A DNA stretch of 63,471 nt, the filler included, from Licmophora abbreviata (taxonomy: Eukaryota), in assembly GCA_900291995.1 (NCBI GenBank). It is 16 parts of 16 records of this genome, joined end to end, with 100 filler letters (N's around TTAATTAATTAA, not from the genome) between each part and the next. Parts side by side here need not be neighbours in the genome. Positions count along the whole stretch, not along the records: positions 13,565 to 20,036 come from OLMU01003523.1; positions 20,137 to 29,302 come from OLMU01003524.1; 14 more parts are not named here. The stretch is one strand, 5' to 3'. Both the position numbers and the translations under genes were made by a program. Below are positions 13,714 through 24,990 of this stretch, in pieces. Position 1 is the first letter of the stretch, and each line of letters starts with the position of its first letter. A model generated the notes under the pieces. It was given only the letters and a program-made list of their open reading frames with translations, did not search any database and was not told the DNA's origin.

Positions 13714-16700
13714 ATGCGCCGGTCCACACTGTCGTACGACGACGAGGACGAAAAGCGATCGATATCTTCTCGTTCTCAGTCCCCAACAGCATCCGACTCC
13801 AATACCATCTACAAGCACATTCCGGAAGAGTACAAGAGGCATGGCGACAGCACAGAGCCTCTGTTGCATTATCTCCCCAAGTGCGACAAGGACGCCAGCT
13901 TGCGCCGCCTCTTGAAGGCCGCCAAGGCGGACGTGCGTCTCCACCAAGCTCGCATTCAGGCAGCACTGAACCAAGACCCGAAGCTCTTACGGACCTATAA
14001 AGTCGAGACAGACGAGGGGTGGAGGGAGCGCAGGGGGCGTCAACAGGAGCGTGTGGCCATGCTGGAGAGACTGCAGAGCGACTCGGCCAAGATCCTGCAG
14101 GAACTTTCCGAATCGGAAGACAAGCAAGGACTGACCCAGACGGAGCGAGTGCAAGTCAAGTTGGCGCGCTGGCAGAAAGCATTAGAACTTATGTCTACTC
14201 GCCTGCCCATATGCAGGATATGGATATGCTAGGACTCCTTGAAAAGCTCTTGCAAGGATCGTCCGAGGTAAGTGGACGCCATGATTGCCACGTACAAAGT
14301 CTCGCTGTTGCTCCTCGCTGCTGATCATCCAATATTATTATACGCACTGATGTCTCGTCGCCCTTTTTATCGTCGTGTAGGAGGAAGAAATGTCCGAAAT
14401 GCTCTCCCAGGCGAGTCAAATGTGCAATTCGTTGGTCGAGTTGACCTCCCAGTCGGTCCGGGATGCTGCCGACGGCGCGGCCGAGTCGGAAGATGCCTAC
14501 CAGATTCGTCTCGAAGCACACGCCACCTTTTGTCGCAACGCCATGCTGCAGACGGACGACATTCAAACTCAGTTTCGTACCAACGGCCGCGCGGCACTTC
14601 AGATTGGACATCAGCTCGAGTTTGCCGAGTCCAAGAGAAGCCAGTGTGAGAATGCCTCCATTCTCATTCGCCGCTGGTGGATGATGGAAAGTCTCGCCGA
14701 GCAGGAAGCAATGTCGGAAGAGCCACTGCGTGTGGAAGAAGAAGTCCATGGAGTGATCCCAATTGCCTCGTGCAGGATGGACTCGCTCTTTACAGCTCCC
14801 GAGAGATCGTACGAGGCCGCCAAGGCCCTCAAGCAACTCCGAGCTGTCGTACGGAGTAGGGGGAACGCCGCCACAGCAACGGCCACAGCGGTGGGAGGGC
14901 AGTGGAATGATCCAAACTCCTCGAGGAGGTTCGAGTTGACGGCAAGACTCATTATGAGAACCAGTTTTTCTCTAGAGAATCGATTGCTGAACGCGTTCAA
15001 GAAGATTTACAGCGAAGGCGGGGGATATGAGCTTTCCGACAATCCTCGTCCTGGCCGTGTGGACTGGATGACGCTTCGTGAGCTGGCACAGGCCTTGTTG
15101 CTCTTTGATTCCGGTAGGAACCTTCGTGACAAGTATCTGGAGTGTGTAATCAATTCCAGATTTCCAGAGCTCTTCAAGGTCAAGCGGGCGGACGGTGAAG
15201 ACAGCGACGACGACGGTGACGAGTTCAACATGGAACGGACTAGGAGCACGCTGTCTAGTCTGTTCCATCGTGTCAGCGAGGGCTGCACTGCCGAATTCGA
15301 GCTGATTGCTCGTGTATTTGGATCCGCCCCGAACGATGGCTACGCTGTGGCGTTGACGGCTGGGAGCGAGGAGATGCCGCTGACTGTTGCACGTGCTCTC
15401 TTGCAGCGCGTCATTTCGGATCCCAAGAATGGTCTTCAGGCCCGCATCACGGAGTTGTTGGAGAGCATTGATCGACGCGGTGACTTTGACGCCGGAGCCA
15501 AGAAACTGGACACGTTTGTTGTGATTCACGAGAAAGCTGCTGGTCTCTTTCACCTTTTGAAAGAGGCATCTGAGAAAATGCTCGTCAGTGAGAATCTCAG
15601 CTACGATCCTCTTGATGACGACAGGTACGTAGTGCTTGGGCCGACTTTGCTCTTATTTTTTCATGACGTGAAACTGCTTCTTACCCTCTCGTTGTTCTGT
15701 GTCCAATCACGATACAGTCCCATGGTTAGCGAGGCCTCGATCCGCGCTGTCAATTCTCTGAAGCAATTCCTCACGTCACAGGAAATCTCGTTGAGCAACG
15801 GTCACCGTCGCGGCTATCTCAATCTTGAGCTTCGTTTGTTGCACCATGACTGCTGCTCTGCTATAGCACAGATCGAAGGCATCGAGCTACAAAGTGCGTC
15901 ATCCAGTCGTGTGGACCCTTCCTTCGCAGAGAAAGGAATCTTGGAAGAGTACCGAGCTCCCATATTGCCCATTAAAAAGCAATCCTTGATGCGTGTCGGA
16001 TTCATTGGTATTCTCAGCGGCCCCGTCAAGTCGTCAGTACTCCGACAGCCACTTATTTGCGCCACCGACTCTCTTGCTCGGGCTCGACTCATGTTTGGCT
16101 TTGGGAAGAATGGGAGCGAATCGACCGCAAGAGTTATCACGTCCATCTACGGGCAAATGTGTTCTTTCTACGGCTCAGCATTTCTCTTTCCCATTGTTGA
16201 ATCTCTCGGAGACCTACTTCCGAAGAGCTCGCCAGCAACGCCTCCTTCGCTTCCATTTGACGAGAATTCCCCCGCCCCGGATCTCGGTGTCGATCCCGCC
16301 TTTTGGGTGGGCCTTGAGCGAGTCCACTCGGCGGCCAAGTCTTTTGATCGCGAGTTGTGGGCCGAGAGTCGTCCCGGCAGCGCACGCGTTTGGGAGATTC
16401 TTGCTACCACTGGTAGCGTGGACCATCTCCAGAACGCGAGGAAGTGTCGACTGCAGTTCTTCTCCGAACTTGAACGACTTGGAGAGTCCGCTATTCTCAA
16501 AGCTCTCACCACCTTGAACGAGCACATTCGTTGGATCCTTGTGACGGGAGGCGAAGGCATGTCAGCAACCGGTGGAAACCGCATCCGTCATCACATGACG
16601 GGTCAGTCCAGCGGTCCTTACTCGATTCCTGCCGGCTCTTCCTTGGAGGCTCCAAACAGTCCCGCCGTCAAGTCACTGACCTTTTGTCTGCGTTCGCAGT

Positions 16701-17209
16701 TCGTCAACATCCAGGCGGCGTTGACGGCCGAGGCGCTTTCGGCTTTCTGGACTGCTCTCTCTATGCGCCTGTACGATGTTTTGGTGCCTCGTTTGTTGCA
16801 GCACTATTACGTATCGACCGTTGGAGCTGTCATTCTGTCGCGTGATGTTGAGGCTTTGAGATCTGTGTCCATGTTGGCCGGAAGCGACCACACTCATTGG
16901 GACAACCTTCGTGAGTTAGTTACGCTGTACATGACTCCACCCGATGCGCTAAAGACCATGCTTGTCGGTCCGGAAGGGAATGTCAACTCTGGAAAGGGTC
17001 TGTTCAACCGTGTTGGACGGCATCAAGCTCTAGTGTTTATGTCAAGGCGTATCGATTATCGGTACAAGACAGCGCAGGGGCTCAAGCAGAGTGGATGGGC
17101 CGTTCAACTCCTCAACGAGCTCGGCGTTCCAGATCCAACAGATGGCCAGGGTATTACGAAAGAGCAGCTTGGAATGTTTGCGGCTCAGCGCTTCATGGCA
17201 AAGAAGTAA
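13714..17209 (+). CDS. SEC10: Exocyst complex component Sec10 (EXOC5)-like, with N-terminal coiled-coil extension
   Basis: Long helical protein whose C-terminus (YVSTVGAVILSRDVEALR...WDNLRELVTLYMTPPDAL) resembles Sec10. Frameshift near 14190 (CTT ATG vs CTT TAT GTC). Intron 14268-14380 and a probable stop-free 93-nt intron 15625-15717. Confidence 0.72.
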
Positions 17210-17373
17210 GCAGTTGATGTGAAGTTCGCACGTACATGTTAACTCGATTAGTATCAGTTGTCATTTCTACGCACACAAAGTGTCTCTATACCGGCAGGAT
17301 CGAACTACTTCCACGACAGTAGCGTGGAATGACAGTTCATTGGTGACAACTGCGAGGCACCGTCACCTTTTTC

Positions 17374-19279
17374 TCATGAGAACCAACGTGCTACTTCTTC
17401 GTATGGCGGCACATTGGACAGTTCATCCCCCACGGATGCAAGCGACGGAGGCTTCTTCAACGCCCGTCGTACCAGATCGCGGAGATCTTCCTTTTGCACA
17501 GCGTCAATCTTTCGACGCATCGTTTCGATATCCTCTCGGCGCCCGTACGTCAACACCTGCCGCCCCATATCCTCAAACAGGACAAGTCTCGATTCCAACT
17601 GCGTCAACACATTGCATTTCAGCATATTGCGGGCTCGATCAAACTCCTCGTCCGATACCAGATCCAATGAGAGCTTGGCAAAGTGGTCGGCTAGAACATG
17701 AGTCATATCGCGACTCTTGATCGGCTGGGAGGACCCACTGACGCCGACCATTCCACTCTCGTCATGAAACACAGTAAAAGCCTCCGCTGATTCTGCCCAA
17801 TAGTGTCGATTCAAGACTTGTCGATAGAGACGAGAGTACTGGTTGGAGAGAGAGAGAGAGAGAGAGAAAATCGCGCTGTTGTTAGGATTGGACGTTCTCC
17901 GCGCGGTGTAGATGAATATGTAAATTATTCGCATGCCACACTAGCACTCTTCATATTCTCACCATGCCTTTCCCAGGCCCTCCAGCAGAAAAGCTGTTTC
18001 CTCCCCCCAGCAATGTCTGCAAAACACACGCCGGGACAAGATCGTCCGAATGCCATCCTCCCACTTCAAAGCCAAGCGAGATACGCGTAAATCCATCCAC
18101 CGAATTCGTCGTCTGGTACTGATGCGAGCCTCCTCGATAGGTCGATGGGAGGGTCCGCGTTTCCGATCCTTCCTGCTGCACCAAATGACCAAAGTGGTAG
18201 TTGGCCATATCCACGAGCTGATCGTGTCCGATACCAGCACCCGCCACCACCAGTCCCTTGGGGTTCTGCATCATGTGCGTTTCATGAAAGTCACGCACCG
18301 TCTGGGCCGTCAAGTATGGAATGTCGTTGAGCGGACAGAAATGAGGCTTGCCCAACTGCTGGTCCGACCCATACGCGGCCTCCTGCAACACTTCTCCCAA
18401 TGTCAATTCCGGGATCGTCTCCATCGCTTGATAGGTCATGGCTTGCTTGCACTCCTGCACCTCCTCCGGTAGCAACTGCGGCTCCAACGTGACCTGCTTG
18501 AGCAATTCCATCCCCTGTTCCACATTGGGACGGAGTATATCAAGACAATACAAGGTCTGTTCCCTATTCGTATTGGCAAAACTGGTCCCACCCCAGTCTT
18601 GTAGCTGCTGGAGAATATGCAAGGCCGAAGGGTAGCCCGAGGTGGAATGGAAGGCCAACAGTTCCATCAAATGACACGTTCCCGTGAAATCTTCGTGCCG
18701 AGAACCCACATCTGACAGTACTCCCACTGTACTACAGACCTGTCCATACATTTCTTGCGAGACGACACGTACGCCATTCGACAATACCGTCAGTTCCGTG
18801 GTGGGTACTTGCAAGTCCTCGGTTCGTACAGCGTTTGGGGGGATAAAGTCAGGGATCTCTACAGAGATGGGCTGAGATCCAGTCAAGCTGGTGGAAAGAT
18901 GATGTTTCTGGGCCATTCTCTGCGACTCTCGTTCGAACGCACTGAGCGTCTGCATGTCATCAAAGTGATCCACCGAGGAGGAGGAGGAGGAGGATGTGGG
19001 CGACGGCGGCCGTGCGTGTGTACTGCTGCTACTGAGGAGTTCCGCTTCTTTGGAAGTCGTTCGTGTCACCACGGGAGCTTCCTTTCTCAGAGGATACTCA
19101 TAACTCGAAAAAGGCTGTTGGGTCGTGGCGAAGAAACGTCGTGCTGCTGATGATATGAGACCATCAGTCCTGTTCTGTTGGGGTATACTACTAACACTAC
19201 TACTACAAGTACTACTTCTTCGATGACAACGCCGAGTGAGCGAGGAGAAGTAATAGCGAGCAGACAAGGACGAAGCCAT
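17374..19279 (-). CDS. PMPCA: Mitochondrial processing peptidase alpha subunit (M16B)
   Basis: Arg/Ser-rich presequence; TVLSNGVRVVS; degenerate HLMELLAF; diagnostic Gly-rich loop GGGNSFSAGGPGKGM|YSRLY across intron 17839-17962; LESRLVLFEDMGRQ. Confidence 0.95.
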
Positions 19280-19515
19280 AGTAGTAGTGTGACTGATACA
19301 AGGGTGTCAACCAGTCAAGCAGGATGACGACGGGTGGCTGTGGTGACTAGCAATGCGGGGGACAACAACAGCAAAGGAGACTGTGACGGCGGCGGCCATG
19401 CGATGATGCCATCGTCGCAGTCGAAATTCGAGGTGGACAGGAATAGGTTCTGAGACCTAGTCTATTGCCGTAGACACTGTGTTATTGTGTATTAATACAC
19501 AGCCGTCATTACATC

Positions 19516-19945
19516 TTACAAGTATCCAAGAACTACCATGAAGGAAGCAATCATCGTCGTCGTGACCACGAGCAAGGGACTATCGATGCCACCCACCGTC
19601 GTTGTGCTTCCGCTAGTCATGGCTGTTAAGCTGTCCTTCATTGAGCATACGACTCCCCACTTGGCACACACGTTCCAACAGTTATTGAAACTCCTCGAAA
19701 GCAAGGGTCGACTCGACAAATACATTATCTTCCCGAAATAATGAAATCAAGGTGCGCTCCACATCAGTACACGAGACACCCAAACACTCGGGAATGTGTT
19801 GAAACACCGTAGTCTGGACGAACGCCGGAGTGCTGCTGTCTGTGGTAGGACGACGACATGTCACATGAATGTCCGCCTCCACGAACTGTCCCTTCATGCA
19901 GTTCGTCCCCGCACAAGTCTTCAATGTTGGATGGATTATACATAA
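19516..19945 (-). pseudogene. Disrupted Cys-rich, possibly GPI-anchored surface protein fragment
   Basis: Fragments in three frames: YNPSNIEDLC / GQFVEADIHVTC...HIPECLGVSCTD / CSMKDSLTAMTSG + hydrophobic tail LLVVTTTMIASFMVVLGYL*. Needs at least two frameshifts; 5' end near the gap. Confidence 0.35.
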
Positions 19946-20261
19946 TGAGCTAGAGCTAGCTGCTACCTCTCTGTGTTCTTAGTCGTTCATGTAGTTCCAG
20001 TCCCAACCACAGTAGCATTCGTGTTGTTCTTTCGTCNNNNNNNNNNNNNNNNNNNNNNNNNNNNNNNNNNNNNNNNNNNNTTAATTAATTAANNNNNNNN
20101 NNNNNNNNNNNNNNNNNNNNNNNNNNNNNNNNNNNNTCCCGCGGGTCTCAATCGAATTCGGGACTCAAAAGTCAGTGAGTGTGATGCGACGCGACGGGAA
20201 CTCATCCGCACACGCGGACCGCAAACACTATTGTTGGCAGAGTTCATTCGTCACTATCCGC

Positions 20262-21962
20262 ATGAGTATGGACGAAAGCACCGCCTCCACCCCCTTCCTA
20301 TCCATGGGGAAACAGACATACAAGGTCCCTGTAACGTTGTTTCAAGAGAATCGGCGTAAATGCGCCGGAAAGCTCAACGAGTCAACAACAGCCTCTGGCA
20401 GCGTCGTGCTGTTGGAGGGAGGCAAGTCGGAAACGCGCTTTGATTCCGACCACGAGCCGTTGTTTCGACAGGAAAGTTATTTTTTGTATTTGACGGGTGT
20501 CAAGGATCCCGACTGTTTCATGTGTATGGAAGTCCCGTCTGCGAGAACGACTCTATTCATTCCGAAATTGCCGCAAGACTATGCGACTTTCATGGGCCAC
20601 ATCAAGACGCCCGAAGAGTTCAAAGCCCTGTACGGAGTAGATCATGTCGAGTATACGGAAGACTGTGAGATGTATGTGGAAGCATTACTTTCATCCTCAA
20701 CGTCGAATGGAAACAAACCGAAACTCTTGCTCATGGAGGGGACAAACTCGGACTCAGGACGTCAATATCCAGCTCCTTCCATTCGGTCGACGAAACTTCA
20801 GTCGCACGCTGACACATCCATCTTGTTTGATATTTTGGCCGAATGTCGTGTTCAAAAAAGCCAAGCGGAGTTAAACTTGTTGCGTCATGTCACGGAAATT
20901 ACCAGTTTCGCCCACGCTTACACCATGCGAAATACGAAACCCGAAATGATGGAATACCAATCGGAATCTCTCTTTCGTCACTATTGCTATTACAATTATG
21001 GTTGTCGACTTGTCGGGTACACTCCCATCTGTGGATGTGGACCGAACGGTGCAATACTTCACTACGGTCACGCCGGAGAACCAAATGCGCGACAGATTCA
21101 AAATGGCGACATGTGTCTTTACGACATGGGAGCCGAATATCTTGGCGGCTACGGCAGCGACGTGACGTGCAGCTTTCCTGCCAATGGCAAGTTCACAAAA
21201 CGCCAAGCCGATATATTCAATGGTGTACTGGACGCCCAAAAGGCAGTGTATCGCATGTTGAAACCTGGAGTCTCGTGGGTGGACTGCCACAAGGCGGCGG
21301 AGGCAGCCATTCTGAACAAACTTGTCGAGGTAGGAGTCGTCACTCCCAATGACAAGAGTGTCGCCGAATTGGTGAAAATGAGGCTGGGAGCTGTTTTCAT
21401 GCCGCATGGTTTGGGACATTTCATTGGCATCGATACTCATGATGGTGCGTTCCTATTGTGTGCGTTTGTGTACGCTGGACCGAGAGCGAACGTGCGTGAT
21501 TGTATCTCTCCATAACTCATTGCATGTTTGTACTATACTATTTTGCTAGTCGGTGGTTACCTTTCAGCGAACCCTCCGCGCAGCTCGGAGCCTGGACTCA
21601 AGTCCTTGCGTACTGCTAGAGTCGCAGAAGCCTACATGACATTGACGGTCGAACCCGGTTGTTACTTTATCGACCATTTGCTCGACCAAGCACTCGAGGA
21701 GAAATCACCCTTCGCTCCCTACTTGAACGCCAATCTCATTAATAGCGAGTACCGGGGCTTTGGTGGGGTCCGTCTGGAAGATGTAGTTGCAATTACGGAA
21801 GATGGTATGGTGAACTATACGTTGTGCCCGAGGACCGTGTCAGAGATTGAGCATGTCATGGCAGGGGGGAAGTGGCCACCAGGGAAGAAGGATGAGGCAC
21901 CGGAATTGTATCGAGAGCGACTGATCGATCAATCGCCGTTGCCGTCGCCGTTGTCGATGTAG
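20262..21962 (+). CDS. PEPD: Xaa-Pro dipeptidase (prolidase, M24B)
   Basis: FRQESYFLYLTGV, ICGCGPNGAILHYGH, LYDMGAEY, SDVTCSFPANGKF, PHGLGHFIGIDTHD|VGGY (intron 21445-21549), TVEPGCYF, GGVRLED. Confidence 0.95.
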
Positions 21963-22184
21963 GACTAAAATAACAGAGTCAATCAACGAACAGAGATGTG
22001 TACTGTCTTTGAGTCCTTGGTTGTCAAATTGGAAGGTGTAGGCAATGCAACCTCCATCTTGTATTCAATGTCGACACTGTTTTCCTTTCCGGGTTACCAG
22101 CGGTAGCTCATGTTTCGTACGTCAGCGGTCAGTTTGGTGCCTCGCGAAACACAGCACAGAGTCAGAGGAAAATCTAGAATCACC

Positions 22185-23342
22185 ATGGTGTCACAAAATC
22201 ATCCTTCGACCTCAACAAGGACGGGCCGTCGTCCTGCAATCACCTATAACCCTAGGAGCTGTCAATCCCATCGCCTTGTGATCCATCTCTTGTTTGTGAC
22301 ATTGTCCGCTTCGCACTTTGCCGGCGCTTCTTGTTTTACATCACTTTCTATTCATCACAGCACGGATCAGCAAACACAAACTGCTGCTGCTCGGATCATG
22401 TCGCTTCGAAAGAATAAGAACAGACCATCCTCGTCTGGTAGTGGACGTCGACCTATCAGTCGTGGTGGTGCCTCGTCATCGTCATCATTCAAACTTGCAC
22501 CTACCGTCTTTGACAACAGTCCCTTCTGGCAAGCACAGTCGGTGTTTCTAGGCGCCAACGTCTTGGGATACCTTGTAAGTCTCCTTACGAATGGATCTCA
22601 CATCCATCTCGACTTGTTGGGAACAGGAGCGTTTGCTGCAGCCGCTGCCGTTGTTCCCTTGACGGCTCAAGCTGCAGCGACGCCCCGTCGTGTGCATCTC
22701 TCTGCAGTAGCCGTGTTTGCCTGGGGATTCAAACTGGCGTCCTTTCTCTTTTATCGTGCACTCATTGCAAAGCACGACAATCGATTGGACGGTGTCAATA
22801 TGTCTAGCTTTTGGATTGTATCTTTGGTATGGGGCGCAGTGTGTTCCCTTCCACACACGCTCGGTACAACATCGTCGGCATTCGGCAATCCACACATGCT
22901 CAAATTCGGAAGCGCCATGTACGTTGTGGGATTGGTGACGGAAACTCTTGCAGACTTGCAAAAGTGGCAGTTCAAAAAGTCTCTCTTGCATGCTAGTAAT
23001 GGTGGAGCATCCCAGTTCTGCAACGTTGGCTTGTGGTCCATTTCGCAACATCCCAACTTTTTTGGAAATCTGCTCGTGTGGTCGGGAATCTTGCTTATGA
23101 ATGCGACCGCCCTGGTGGGAGCTACTGGCAGTCCTCGACGTTATCTGCGATTGGCATTGGCCGGTTTGTCTCCTCTCTTTATGTGGACTCTATTTTACGG
23201 ACAAGCCAGTGGAGCAATCATGAATAGTGTGGAGCTGGCCACGGCCAAGTATGGACACGATCCGTCCTACCAAGAGTACATTCAAACGGTCCCGCTCATT
23301 GTCCCGAACCCGTTCCAGATGCTGCTGCGTAGCAAAGAGTAG
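22185..23342 (+). CDS. DUF1295 / steroid 5-alpha-reductase-like integral membrane protein; possibly plastid-targeted
   Basis: WGFKLASFLFYR...DNRL, ETLADLQKWQFK, GLWSISQHPNFFG, YQEY; several TM helices; start codon uncertain (22110 or 22185). Confidence 0.85.
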   Translation: MVSQNHPSTSTRTGRRPAITYNPRSCQSHRLVIHLLFVTLSASHFAGASCFTSLSIHHSTDQQTQTAAARIMSLRKNKNRPSSSGSGRRPISRGGASSSSSFKLAPTVFDNSPFWQAQSVFLGANVLGYLVSLLTNGSHIHLDLLGTGAFAAAAAVVPLTAQAAATPRRVHLSAVAVFAWGFKLASFLFYRALIAKHDNRLDGVNMSSFWIVSLVWGAVCSLPHTLGTTSSAFGNPHMLKFGSAMYVVGLVTETLADLQKWQFKKSLLHASNGGASQFCNVGLWSISQHPNFFGNLLVWSGILLMNATALVGATGSPRRYLRLALAGLSPLFMWTLFYGQASGAIMNSVELATAKYGHDPSYQEYIQTVPLIVPNPFQMLLRSKE

Positions 23343-23379
23343 TTTCTTGGTATCATCATTGTTTGATCGAGTCTTATCT

Positions 23380-24609
23380 TTATACTAGCTTGTACGCCCT
23401 CTTTCCGGTTGGCATGGCCTCCAACAGCGGCACAACTGGATAACTCTCGTACAGAACGGCCTCATCGTTACGTTTGTACAATGCGTAGATTTGCAACGTT
23501 CGGTTCTTGTCTGGCTGAAGCGCAATGTGCAATATTCCTTGCGTGTCGTCCTCGTTCTTTTTGGACACAAATACATCGGATCCAACGACCGTTCCCGACT
23601 GGTCCTTGGCATAGGCCACTTGTGCCAACATACCCGTGTGGGCATCTCGCAACGGAATCTTGACAGTCAGCTGCACCAAGTCTGGCTCGAGCCATTCGGA
23701 AGAAATCTCATTGCTTTCACATCCCACAGCCTCATCAGTATTGGGAATGTCCTCATCAATGCTCGTACTACTACCACTCTCCTCCGAAACAAGCAGCCTC
23801 CGTTGCGCAGCGAAACGTTCCACAATTTCACCCCAATGCTCCTTGTAATACAAGGTCAATGGTTCCCAATCCATCGTGAAGGATGAAAATCTGGCACGCT
23901 CATGAGGTTGGATTTCCTTTTCCATGGGATCGATGAATTCCTCCTGATACACTTGGTTGAAGTAGGTCAAATAAAGATTACGATAGTCACGGGTACACAT
24001 CATCCAGGGCCACATGTACTCGTCGCATACTCCCGACGACGCCACCGATTCCTGTTTCAAACTATCATCCTCGTCAGAAGGAGTATGTGGATTTTCCTTG
24101 AGACAGCGTTCGACCTTGCGCCACAGTTTACGACAGGGACCCGGTCGTCGATTGGCCAAGCACATGATGCAAGACGTAGGTTCATCTTCGTCGTCGTCGT
24201 CATCATCTGTTGTTGTAGAAAGAGTACTAGTTGAAGTCGAAGGTTCTGTTGGGATTATTGACGAGGTTGCAAGAAGAGTGACTGATCTTGTCTTTTCGTG
24301 TGGATCGCATCGAGTCGACAAAGGCGAACACGATGCGAACGGAAAAGAAGTAGGTCGGGACAGGGCGTGAAGCAACCAGTCATTCTTGTTGTAAGTAGTA
24401 GTAACAGAAGTAGACTGTTCTTCTTGCGGGTGGCTAGCGCTCAAGGAAGAAGAATATACGACGATTCCAGCAGCAGTCAGGGTCGCCATCATCATTGTAG
24501 CAGCAACAAAAGGAGTAGTACCTTCAGCAGAGCGCAATGATACGCCAGGTGCAGTGGCCCAAAACTTCGACGACGACGAGGTCAAAATTCTTCTGGGCAG
24601 CAACGACAT
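23380..24609 (-). CDS. Mitochondrial-type protein with presequence, TM helix and CxxC + twin CX9C (GCK/Mia40-like) domain
   Basis: MSLLPRRILTSSSSKF presequence; TM FVAATMMMATLTAAGIVVY; CIMC...GPC-RKLWRKVER-C...C-DEYMWPWMM-C...Y. Confidence 0.65.
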   Translation of the reverse strand: MSLLPRRILTSSSSKFWATAPGVSLRSAEGTTPFVAATMMMATLTAAGIVVYSSSLSASHPQEEQSTSVTTTYNKNDWLLHALSRPTSFPFASCSPLSTRCDPHEKTRSVTLLATSSIIPTEPSTSTSTLSTTTDDDDDDEDEPTSCIMCLANRRPGPCRKLWRKVERCLKENPHTPSDEDDSLKQESVASSGVCDEYMWPWMMCTRDYRNLYLTYFNQVYQEEFIDPMEKEIQPHERARFSSFTMDWEPLTLYYKEHWGEIVERFAAQRRLLVSEESGSSTSIDEDIPNTDEAVGCESNEISSEWLEPDLVQLTVKIPLRDAHTGMLAQVAYAKDQSGTVVGSDVFVSKKNEDDTQGILHIALQPDKNRTLQIYALYKRNDEAVLYESYPVVPLLEAMPTGKRAYKLV

Positions 24610-24990
24610 GATGTGTAAAAAGTAAGATTCTTGATATATAATAAGATACGTGTAGCGGATGTGGGTGGGTGGGTGGTTTCGTTCGTTGGTTGGTTCAATC
24701 GGTGAGCGTAGGTCAAAGAATGTGCTGGCCGCGACAAACGCATCATTCGTTGTATTTTGGAACGCCGATGAACGACTCGTGATTTCATATTTTGGCGTTT
24801 TGCGGTGGAGAGCATACAAGTCTGTACGGCGATCGTTCAGTCACGCGGGACTTGATGAACTGTGAGTGATGAGAGTACGTCAGTCACACTTCCACAACCA
24901 TCAACCAAAACAAAAACTGGAAATCCTAAATACCAGCGCATTCATTAGAGGTCTGTGGCAGTACCATTCTCTCTCTCTCTCCCTCCAGTA

